A stretch of DNA of 64,000 nucleotides, taken from positions 309-64,308 of the forward strand of contig JAFGVM010000024.1 in assembly GCA_016937995.1 (NCBI GenBank), given 5' to 3'. Of this stretch, positions 6,694 to 14,879 are shown piece by piece. The DNA comes from Candidatus Delongbacteria bacterium. Lineage in GTDB: Bacteria; UBA4055. Every line of letters starts with the position of its first letter. Within the stretch, counting starts at the first letter, position 1. The translations under genes were made by a program, and so were the position numbers. Below the pieces are notes generated by a model. It was not told where the DNA came from. It did no database searches and saw nothing but the letters and a program-made list of their open reading frames with translations.

Positions 6694-9600
6694 TTACTTC
6701 TCAGAATTTGTAGATTCTATAACCATTCCTTTACTCGAACTACCGGCAGTAACACGATAAAACTTCTTACTATCGCTATGTGGTTCTGACCACGAATTTG
6801 TCGTAAGTTGTAAACCAACTGCTGTCCAGCTTGCTGGGAATACTGCTTCAGGATCTTCACTGCTGTAAACGGTGTAAACAATACCTTTTGTATTGATTGG
6901 CATCTCATCCCAAGTCAAGTTCACATTAGCACCATCATCTGTGATGCTGACACCTGAAGGAGGAATAACTGTGATAAAGGACTGGATCGCTGACCAGTCT
7001 GAAACCTGAGAATCAGCATCAATAGTCTTAATATGGTAATAATATCTGTATCCACCATCTAGAGAGGGAGTTAGCTGAGTAAATGTCTCCCCTGCTTCAG
7101 TTGTATCTGAAAATAAAACAGAGCTGAAAGTATTTACACTGTCAAGTTCGATCGTATATCTAAGATCTTCTGCATGACCGTCAGGATCAGTCGCATTTCC
7201 CCAGCTGATCATAGGAGAACTGTCTGCAATATCATCATTTGCAGGAGAAAATCCTGAAATAGGAGCATTTGGCAATGACCCACCTGTAGTTGGCTTATAT
7301 ATGAAACTAGCAGGAGTCTCTGAGAATATCGTAAACCTGTTTATTCCAAGATAAACCGGCTTCATTCTCCAGTAGTAAGTTGTATTATTAACTAAACTGT
7401 CGAACTGACTTAGAGAATTCAAAGCCTGTCCGATGTAGAATGTTTTACCCTCATTTGTGATCTTACTGCCGGAATTCTTATCAAGCAGCATTGTTTCTTC
7501 GATTGGATTTGAAAACTCAGGATCCTCATCTATCTGAATAACATAATAGTCAAGATACTCGGGATATACATATTCCCATTGAAGCATATCAGCTTCAGTC
7601 ATTCCATCTTTTGAAGTGATCTCAAGATCTCTTGGTGATGGAATAACGAAAGTCGGTGATGAAGCGAATTCAGAACCTGCAAAAGCATGATCAATTGCCT
7701 GAACTTTCCATGAAACGGTTTTCCCACCCTGAGGTAAGAATGTGTAAAAGCCATTTATATTGTAGAAGGTATTTTGAGAAGCATTTCCTATATCAACAAC
7801 TTTTCTATAGCCATCTGTAAGATCTGACATTCCGGCATTAATACTCTCACCTGTAACTTGTACATCAATGTTGTATGATAATCCGTTTTGAGGTGTTTCG
7901 AGATCTAAAGCAGGATTAAAAGATAATTTTAATGAATCATTTTCAATTTTAGTGATCAATCTACTAGGCTTTGAAGGAATAGTATTTGAAATTTCTGAAT
8001 TGTTTCTATATATCTTAGTAATTCTAACATCAGATTCCGTATTTCCTTCAATTAATATGTCAAGGTCACCATCATTATCATAATCTCCCCATAAAGCATG
8101 ACAACTCCTAATTCCAGTTATGCCTGTATTGATACCATTAAAAACACCTGAATCATTTCTATACACTTTGGATACATAACCACTGCCTGAATCACCCGCC
8201 AATATTATGTCAAGATCGCCATCGTTATCAAAATCTCCCCAAGCAGCTGAACAAAGGGAAACGCCTGTTAAACCAGCGTTTATGTCGGTAAAAACACCTG
8301 AATTATTTTGATAAATTTCTGAAATACTATATGGATCTGAATTTATACCACCAGCCAACAAAACATCCAAATCACCGTCATTATCATAATCTCCCCATAC
8401 TGCAGAACCTATAAATACACCTGCCAATCCTGCTCCAATATCTGTAAATTGTCCTGAATCGTTGCGATATATCTTTGAAATATACTCAGATCCGGTATTG
8501 CCGGTTAATAAAATATCAAGGTCTCCATCATTATCATAATCGCCCCAGTCTACTGAACTTTTAGAAACTTCAATTAAACCTGCATTGATATCAGTATATG
8601 TTCCTGAATCATTACGATATACATTCGAAATCATTCCTGAGTTTGCATATCCTGTCAATAAAATATCAAGATCACCATCATTATCATAATCACCCCAGGC
8701 AACAGCCCCGACAGTCACATCTTCTAATCCTGCATTGATATCAGTAAATACTCCTGAATCATTACGATAAATTTTTGAAACATCTCCAGACCCTGTATAT
8801 CCGGTCAATAAGATATCCAAATCTCCGTCATTATCATAATCGCCCCAAGCTACGGAACTCGCATAAACTCCTTCTAATCCTGCATTTATATCGTAAAATA
8901 ATCCCGAATCGTTGCGATAGATTTTTGAAATATCTCCAGACCCTGTATATCCAGTCAATAAAATATCAAGATCACCATCATTATCATAATCACCCCATTC
9001 AGTTGATCCGGTTGCTCCCATTAAACCCGCTTCGATATCATCAAAAGCTCCTACGAATGTAAATGATTGTTCCGTTCCAAAAACTGATCCAGCAAATCCG
9101 TTATCCACAGCCTGAACACTCCAATAATATGTTCCTGAACGTAGATCATGGATCGTGTATGATGTATTCTGATTAATATTTCCTAAGCTTACAACTTTTC
9201 TGTAACCGTTGGAAGCATCGCTCATTGAACTTTTTATTTCATCATTTCCGCTTGTTGTACTAATGTAAAGATTATATGATAGTCCATCCTGAGGAGTTTG
9301 TGCATCCGTTGATTTGTTCCAGGTTAGCGTTGCATCAAATCTGTCCGATACTACAGATAATCCTGTCGGTGCGCTTGGAGGAGTATTCTTTGGTGCAGAA
9401 TTATTTCTGTATATCTTAGAAATACTCCCTGATCCTCCTGTATCACCGCTTAATAAAATATCCAGGTCGCCGTCATTATCATAATCTCCCCAGGCAGCAG
9501 AACTATACTCAACACCTACTAATCCCGCATTTATATCGGTAAATACTCCTGAATTATTACTATATATTTTAGTATAATAAGAACCTGTTAACAAGATATC

Positions 9601-10950
9601 TAAATCTCCATCGTTATCATAATCTCCCCAAGCAGCTGACCCCTCCCATACTCCTTGTAATACAGCATTTACATCATTAAATATACCTGAATCATTTCTG
9701 TAGATTTTTGAAATATAATGAGCAGTTCCTTCATAATAATAACCAGTCAGTAAAATATCAAGATCGCCATCATTATCATAATCTCCCCATGAAACTGAAC
9801 CAGAAGAAACACCTGTTAATGCAGCATTGATATCTGAGAAAACTCCGTTATCATTTCTATATACCTTTGAAATATTACCGGAAGTTATACTTCCTGTAAG
9901 CAATAAATCTAAGTCTCCATCATTATCATAATCTCCCCAAGATACTGAGCTATAAACAGCACCTTGTAAACCTGCATTTATATCAAAAAAACTACCTGAA
10001 TCGTTTCTATATATCTTAGTAATCTTACCTTCAGATTCTGTATAACCTGACAGTACTAAATCAAGATCACCATCATTATCATAATCTCCCCAAGCAACTG
10101 ATCCGGAAGCAGCTCCTGGTAATCCTGCATTTATATCTGTAAAAATTCCAGAATCGTTTCTATATATTTTAGAGACATATACTGACCCTGTATAACCTGA
10201 CAGTACAACATCAAGATCTCCATCGTTATCATAATCTCCCCAAGAAACTGAACCAGAAGAAACACCTGTTAATGCAGCATTGATATCTGAGAAAACTCCG
10301 TTATCATTTCTATATACCTTTGAAATAAATCCTAAATCAGTTATTCCGGTCAATAAGATATCAAGATCCCCGTCATTATCATAATCTCCCCAAGCAACTG
10401 AGCTATCACTTACATCATCTATTCCAGCTTCTATATCTGTAAAATCTCCAAAATATCCTGTAACTATCACATCATCAATATACCAGTCATCACCATCAGT
10501 ATTAGCATAATTCCATCCTAAATACACATCTTGTCCCATATATGCATCAAGTGATATAGTGACCTGCTGATAAGTATCTTCGGGAGGAAGATCTGAATAC
10601 AGACTTGTCCAATGAATCTTATCTGTAGAAACACAAAAATCATGAACATCAGCATGATAATCATAATCAATATTCTCCCAAAATGTCACTTTTACAGAAT
10701 CATATATATCTATAGATATAAGAGGTGTAGTAACCCAGTCATCACTAGTACCCTGACCAGTATGGATCATTGAATATGTTCCTTTATAAGGTCTGTTCGC
10801 ACTTTTGGTAAATCCTCCACCAGTTGTTTGAAGTGACCAACCTGTAGGAGGAAAAGTTCCCTCAAAAGTTTCGAATATCAACTTAGAAGTACCACTTGCC
10901 ATTAAAAAAGTCACTGAACTCATCAGTAGTAGTATTAATGTTTTTTTCAT
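6694..10950 (-). CDS. Secreted 1418-aa FG-GAP/VCBS repeat protein with two 7-bladed propellers, FN3-like domains and an N-terminal choice-of-anchor-J-like domain
   Basis: It has a signal peptide. There are 14 copies of WGD(Y/F)DNDGDLD in two groups of seven, each followed by a module of the form GLSYN...GYRKVV...QA(V/I)D..FAGS. C-terminal FN3-like repeats follow. No T9SS CTD is recognisable. Confidence 0.9.
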   Translation of the reverse strand: MKKTLILLLMSSVTFLMASGTSKLIFETFEGTFPPTGWSLQTTGGGFTKSANRPYKGTYSMIHTGQGTSDDWVTTPLISIDIYDSVKVTFWENIDYDYHADVHDFCVSTDKIHWTSLYSDLPPEDTYQQVTISLDAYMGQDVYLGWNYANTDGDDWYIDDVIVTGYFGDFTDIEAGIDDVSDSSVAWGDYDNDGDLDILLTGITDLGFISKVYRNDNGVFSDINAALTGVSSGSVSWGDYDNDGDLDVVLSGYTGSVYVSKIYRNDSGIFTDINAGLPGAASGSVAWGDYDNDGDLDLVLSGYTESEGKITKIYRNDSGSFFDINAGLQGAVYSSVSWGDYDNDGDLDLLLTGSITSGNISKVYRNDNGVFSDINAALTGVSSGSVSWGDYDNDGDLDILLTGYYYEGTAHYISKIYRNDSGIFNDVNAVLQGVWEGSAAWGDYDNDGDLDILLTGSYYTKIYSNNSGVFTDINAGLVGVEYSSAAWGDYDNDGDLDILLSGDTGGSGSISKIYRNNSAPKNTPPSAPTGLSVVSDRFDATLTWNKSTDAQTPQDGLSYNLYISTTSGNDEIKSSMSDASNGYRKVVSLGNINQNTSYTIHDLRSGTYYWSVQAVDNGFAGSVFGTEQSFTFVGAFDDIEAGLMGATGSTEWGDYDNDGDLDILLTGYTGSGDISKIYRNDSGLFYDINAGLEGVYASSVAWGDYDNDGDLDILLTGYTGSGDVSKIYRNDSGVFTDINAGLEDVTVGAVAWGDYDNDGDLDILLTGYANSGMISNVYRNDSGTYTDINAGLIEVSKSSVDWGDYDNDGDLDILLTGNTGSEYISKIYRNDSGQFTDIGAGLAGVFIGSAVWGDYDNDGDLDVLLAGGINSDPYSISEIYQNNSGVFTDINAGLTGVSLCSAAWGDFDNDGDLDIILAGDSGSGYVSKVYRNDSGVFNGINTGITGIRSCHALWGDYDNDGDLDILIEGNTESDVRITKIYRNNSEISNTIPSKPSRLITKIENDSLKLSFNPALDLETPQNGLSYNIDVQVTGESINAGMSDLTDGYRKVVDIGNASQNTFYNINGFYTFLPQGGKTVSWKVQAIDHAFAGSEFASSPTFVIPSPRDLEITSKDGMTEADMLQWEYVYPEYLDYYVIQIDEDPEFSNPIEETMLLDKNSGSKITNEGKTFYIGQALNSLSQFDSLVNNTTYYWRMKPVYLGINRFTIFSETPASFIYKPTTGGSLPNAPISGFSPANDDIADSSPMISWGNATDPDGHAEDLRYTIELDSVNTFSSVLFSDTTEAGETFTQLTPSLDGGYRYYYHIKTIDADSQVSDWSAIQSFITVIPPSGVSITDDGANVNLTWDEMPINTKGIVYTVYSSEDPEAVFPASWTAVGLQLTTNSWSEPHSDSKKFYRVTAGSSSKGMVIESTNSEK
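7998..9033 (-). repeat. Intragenic repeat array: FG-GAP blades 8-14
   Basis: Approximate bounds from residues about 640-985. Neighbouring blades are near-identical at the DNA level (for example 8761-8850 versus 8881-8970). Confidence 0.8.
9393..10443 (-). repeat. Intragenic repeat array: FG-GAP blades 1-7 (about 150 bp period)
   Basis: Approximate bounds from protein residues about 170-520. Includes an exact 84-bp duplicate (9791-9874 = 10244-10327). Confidence 0.8.
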
Positions 10951-10962
10951 GTCTAGCTCCGA

Positions 10963-12153
10963 TTATTTAATTTCTTCTAGTTCTGTAAGAATGTATTCCA
11001 GATCTCCAAAAGGAGATGATTTTTCAACTATTGTCTTGGCATATACTCCTGGTTTATCATTTATCATCCAGTATTTCACTTTATCTTCTCCGTTGAATCC
11101 TTCAGTTACCGTACAAGTGAACTTACCTGCCGGAACTTCAACATCCTCTACTCCGATTATCTTGTAGTCATAATCAGTAAGTTTTTCTTCAGGGAAAAAG
11201 ATATTGTCGGATTCATTCGATTCATCTTTGATCTTATCTGAGATTTCTGTTGTATCATTTTTTGTTAAACTGAAATTTGTGAAATTAACTCTATAATTTT
11301 CTTCATCGACAATGACTTTAGAAAGAATAGTACTCTTTTTAAAAGCATTAATTTTTTCTATCAATACTCCTCTGCTATACTTTAAATATTTTACACTCTT
11401 TAAATAATTTATCATCTCCTGAAGATCGACCCATGGTAAACTAATCTCGCTGATCTGCTCTTCCTCAAAATCCTCGTAAACAAAAGTTAATCTTTCCAAT
11501 TCGCCGGCATCTGAATTATCCTTCACTGCATTTAAGACAGTACCTTTGCAATCAATAGTCAATTCTGAAGCAGTAATTTTCATTATATTATTCTTCCCTT
11601 TCAAATAACTGTTAAATCCCAACATTGTAAGAGAATTTTCTTTAGGATCAAAAATCCATGTTCCGTTGGTGGTTGAAGTTTCATTTTCATTGTAACTTAT
11701 CATAACAAATTCATCAGGCTCTGTAAATTTCAGCAGATTAGTATATCCGTCATTATCGTTAAACTTCCAAAGACCGAAAAGACCTGATTTTAAATTATTA
11801 AGCTTAATTTTATCCTGATCGATCTTGATGTAAAATAATTTCGCTTCATCTTTAGTCATTATTAACTCAGCATCGGTGTTTTTAATTATTTTGCTCTCAC
11901 CGTTAAAATCTTTATCCAATTCAGATTCAGTAATAATACTATTATCTTCTTTATTGAATTTCCATGTACCGGCATCCATACCCATAATGATCATTTTTCC
12001 GTCGACCTGATATTCTGTAATGTAATAAGGTTCTTGAACATCACCACCTACTTCAGCTTTGGTCATCAACCAGCTTCCAACTATTTTTGCTTCTTGTGCG
12101 TTGATCATGACCGCTAAGATCATTACCGTTAATAGTATTACTGTTTTTTTCAT
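10963..12153 (-). CDS. Secreted protein with repeated lipocalin-like modules (hypothetical)
   Basis: Signal peptide MKKTVILLTVMILAVMINAQ. Recurrent motifs GSWLM / GTWKFNKEDNS / GLWKFNDNDG / GTWIFDPKENS. It ends 12 nt upstream of the FG-GAP gene, so it is probably in the same operon. Confidence 0.6.
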   Translation of the reverse strand: MKKTVILLTVMILAVMINAQEAKIVGSWLMTKAEVGGDVQEPYYITEYQVDGKMIIMGMDAGTWKFNKEDNSIITESELDKDFNGESKIIKNTDAELIMTKDEAKLFYIKIDQDKIKLNNLKSGLFGLWKFNDNDGYTNLLKFTEPDEFVMISYNENETSTTNGTWIFDPKENSLTMLGFNSYLKGKNNIMKITASELTIDCKGTVLNAVKDNSDAGELERLTFVYEDFEEEQISEISLPWVDLQEMINYLKSVKYLKYSRGVLIEKINAFKKSTILSKVIVDEENYRVNFTNFSLTKNDTTEISDKIKDESNESDNIFFPEEKLTDYDYKIIGVEDVEVPAGKFTCTVTEGFNGEDKVKYWMINDKPGVYAKTIVEKSSPFGDLEYILTELEEIK

Positions 12154-12212
12154 TTGTTACATCCTTTTATTAATAATTTTTGAATAATATAAATACTTTT
12201 ATCCCTAAGTCC

Positions 12213-12228
12213 TGTGACTTTAGTCACA
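12213..12228. promoter_or_regulatory. CRP/FNR-family consensus palindrome TGTGA-N6-TCACA
   Basis: TGTGActttagTCACA is a perfect match. On the minus strand its centre lies 29.5 nt upstream of a TATATT -10 candidate (12191-12186), which gives class II (-41.5) geometry ahead of the ATG at 12153. Confidence 0.45.
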
Positions 12229-12372
12229 ATGTTTAGATTATTTTTTTTAAAATAACACATTTTCATTTTAATCAACATTTCGATAATCACACCATCTATC
12301 TATATCAATAGGCTGGAGAATATAAGCATATTTATCAATATTAGGAATTGAAAATTTTAGAATAAATGACAT

Positions 12373-12397
12373 AAAAAATAGCCCCAAATGGAGCTAT
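12373..12397 (-). terminator. Rho-independent terminator ending the Mbx-like operon
   Basis: Minus strand reads AATAGCTCC-attt-GGGGCTATT followed by TTTTTT. Confidence 0.6.
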
Positions 12398-12413
12398 TAG
12401 AAGTTAGATGTAG

Positions 12414-12464
12414 GGGCACAACATCTTGTGCCCGGAAGCGCAAAGGGTTCAAATTGTTGAACCC
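12414..12464. repeat. Two GC-rich hairpin elements (dispersed family)
   Basis: GGGCACAA-catc-TTGTGCCC (12414-12433, preceded by GTAG) and GGGTTCAA-attg-TTGAACCC (12445-12464). Confidence 0.7.
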
Positions 12465-12510
12465 GTACATATTATTTAATTGTCAATTGCAAATTGTCCA
12501 TTATCAATTT

Positions 12511-12957
12511 TTATATATTGATCCCGTAAGGATTTTGAATATATTCCCTGAGTTCTTTCACTTCAGTCTCTGACTGCTCAAGAACCTGTTTTAGAACATC
12601 ACCGATGGATAATATTCCAATTAGCTTTCCATCTTCAACTACAGGAAGATGCCTGACTCTCTTGTTGATCATCACATCCATTGCATAGCTTAATCTTTCA
12701 TCTTTAGTTGCAATGATGAGATCCTCTTTCGGAGTCATAATATCTTTGATCTTCATTGTTTCAGGATGACCGTCACATTTGTAAAGAACATCTCTCTCAG
12801 TTACGATACCCTGAAGTTTTGAACTGCCGTCAGTAACAACTAAAGATCCAACTCTATGTTTTCCGAATAACTCAACCGCTTCTTTTGCAGTACTGTTAAT
12901 ATCGATATTAAAAGTCTCTGTACTTTGTTTCTTCTTTAGTAAATCTGTTAATTTCAT
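12511..12957 (-). CDS. CBS-pair domain protein
   Basis: Two CBS motifs (VGSLVVTDG..LQGIVTERDV and VRHLPVVEDGKLIGILSIGDV). It is the last gene of the Mbx-like operon, 14 nt after the previous stop. Confidence 0.85.
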   Translation of the reverse strand: MKLTDLLKKKQSTETFNIDINSTAKEAVELFGKHRVGSLVVTDGSSKLQGIVTERDVLYKCDGHPETMKIKDIMTPKEDLIIATKDERLSYAMDVMINKRVRHLPVVEDGKLIGILSIGDVLKQVLEQSETEVKELREYIQNPYGINI

Positions 12958-12971
12958 ATCACATCTCCTGT

Positions 12972-14765
12972 TTATTTACTGCTCAAATATTCATCTATAC
13001 CTTTTGCTGCAGTATGACCGTTTGCAATACCGTTGATAACATCAGGACCTTTTATAATATCTCCACCAACGAATAACCAAGGAAGTGATGATTGATATTT
13101 TTCATTAACAACAATCCTGCCTCTATCGCTGAATTCAAGTTTATCTTTAATAGATTCTAGGTAAGATAAGTCCATACCCTGACCGATTGATTCAACAACC
13201 ATATCTGCCGGGAAGAATTTCTTTTGAGCTTCATCAAATTTAGGACTGAATCTTCCTTCTTCATCGAATACTGAAAGACATTTAACAACATTTAGACCTG
13301 TTACTTTACCGTTTTCAATTACAATCTCTTTCGGTCCCCATCCGGGATCAATGATACATTTTTCTTCTCTTGCTTCAACAACCTCTTCCCTGTCAGCAGG
13401 CATAATATCTTCAGTCTCAAGTGAAGTTGCAGTCACATCTACCTTACCATATTTTTTATTCTGCAGTCTTGCTAACGATCTGGTGATATCCATCGCAACA
13501 TTACCACCACCGATAACAACTACTTTTTTATCAACGCGGATCTCATTTCCAAGAGATATCTCTCTCAGAAGATCAGTTGCAAAGTAAACATTCTCATGTT
13601 CAGAACCCGGTATTCTTGTACTTCTACCAAGGTGCAAACCTGTGCCTGAGAAGACCGCATCATAATCTTGTTCAAGTTGTTCTATTGTAATATCTTTACC
13701 TATACGAACATTATATTCTATCTCGACACCGCAGGATAAAATATAGTTAATATCTTTATCGATCTGGTCGTAAGGAAGACGATATTCAGGAATACCGTAT
13801 CTCATCATTCCACCTGCAGCAGGAAGTGCTTCAAATATCTTAATTGCATATCCCATTCTTGATAAGTAATAAGCAGCTGAAAGGCCTGAAGGTCCTGAAC
13901 CTATTATTGCTACTTTTTTACTCTTTGGAGTGATCTCTAAGCCTCGTTCAAGAACTTCTTTATATTTACTCTCAGGAACTTGATCAGCGATATATCTTTT
14001 TAACCAACGAATAGATAAAGGTTCCCCTTTGTGACCGATCGCACAGACAGTTTCACACCTATGAGTACATATTCTACCACATATCTCCGGCAATGGATTA
14101 GTTTCATACATTATTCTGAGACCTTCTTCCATATCGTCATTTCTGATAGCTTTGATATATTCAGGGATAGCCATATGAGCAGGACAAGTTGCAGTACAAA
14201 GGCCACAATCAATACATCTGTCCGCTTCCGCTTCCGCCTGTTCTTTAGAATAACCTTTTACGAATTCAATGAATGATTTATCCCTTTCTTCAGGATGAAG
14301 CTCAGCCATGTCAACTCTATCGTAATTGTTAAGATCATAATTTTTAGGTTTAGTCCACCCAAGTTCATTATTATCCCACTCTTTTTTGTCATATCCGGGA
14401 ATAAATCTGAAAACATCCGGATCAGAATCGATCCAGGTATATTCGTTAGATAAAGTCAGAGAATTTGTCGAACAAACATCAACACATAAAGCACACCAGC
14501 AACACCTGCCGTAATCAACCATTGGCCTTAATCCACTGTCACCGTCTTTAGTTTCAATACCTTCAACAGGAACCATATCTATAGCAGCATTCTGACAAAT
14601 CTCTTCGCATGCTCCACAACCAATACATTTATCCAGCTCGTTTTTGTGGAATCCTCTATATCTTGGAGCACCCGGTCTGTCATTGAACGGATCTTTAACA
14701 GTAACCGGATCCTTAAATACTTTCTTCCAAGCTAAAAATGGTGATAATACATCTTTTATACTCAT
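12972..14765 (-). CDS. Fusion of a NuoI/MbxN-like 2x[4Fe-4S] ferredoxin with a GltD/SudA/NfnB-like NAD(P)H-FAD oxidoreductase
   Basis: N-terminal part: PRYRGFHKNELDKCIGCGACEEIC...YGRCCWCALCVDVC (NuoI-type). The rest: DRCIDCGLCTATCP...NPLPEICGRICTHRCETVC...KVAIIGSGPSGLSAAYYL...AAGGMMRYGIPEYRLP...VVVIGGGNVAMD...FVGGD (GltD-type). Confidence 0.85.
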   Translation of the reverse strand: MSIKDVLSPFLAWKKVFKDPVTVKDPFNDRPGAPRYRGFHKNELDKCIGCGACEEICQNAAIDMVPVEGIETKDGDSGLRPMVDYGRCCWCALCVDVCSTNSLTLSNEYTWIDSDPDVFRFIPGYDKKEWDNNELGWTKPKNYDLNNYDRVDMAELHPEERDKSFIEFVKGYSKEQAEAEADRCIDCGLCTATCPAHMAIPEYIKAIRNDDMEEGLRIMYETNPLPEICGRICTHRCETVCAIGHKGEPLSIRWLKRYIADQVPESKYKEVLERGLEITPKSKKVAIIGSGPSGLSAAYYLSRMGYAIKIFEALPAAGGMMRYGIPEYRLPYDQIDKDINYILSCGVEIEYNVRIGKDITIEQLEQDYDAVFSGTGLHLGRSTRIPGSEHENVYFATDLLREISLGNEIRVDKKVVVIGGGNVAMDITRSLARLQNKKYGKVDVTATSLETEDIMPADREEVVEAREEKCIIDPGWGPKEIVIENGKVTGLNVVKCLSVFDEEGRFSPKFDEAQKKFFPADMVVESIGQGMDLSYLESIKDKLEFSDRGRIVVNEKYQSSLPWLFVGGDIIKGPDVINGIANGHTAAKGIDEYLSSK

Positions 14766-14802
14766 GTTAATCCTCTATATAAAAACTTTCTATTCTTGGT
14801 TT

Positions 14803-14879
14803 AGAGTTTTGAGTTGTTGGTTTTGAGTTATTGGGAACTTATCCTCACAACTCACAACCCGCAACTCACAACTATCTCT
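14803..14879. repeat. Long imperfect hairpin built from heptamer repeats (TTTTGAG / CTCACAA) in an intercistronic spacer
   Basis: The left arm agagttttgagttgttggttttgagttattggg is approximately complementary to the right arm cctcacaactcacaacccgcaactcacaactatctct. It overlaps the stop codon of the NuoD-like gene. Confidence 0.6.

Noticed and set aside
8775-9062. 95-aa plus-strand ORF
   Set aside because: It is an antisense reading of the FG-GAP repeats, and its repetitive composition mirrors the blades.
7998-10443. Regular ~150-bp periodic repeats that could be mistaken for a CRISPR-like or satellite array
   Set aside because: They lie entirely inside one long ORF and encode FG-GAP blades. 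The period is too long for a CRISPR array and there are no unique spacers.
12445-12464. GGGTTCAAATTGTTGAACCC, which superficially resembles a tRNA T-arm
   Set aside because: It is an isolated 8-bp hairpin with no acceptor, D or anticodon arms around it. It belongs to the dispersed hairpin family.
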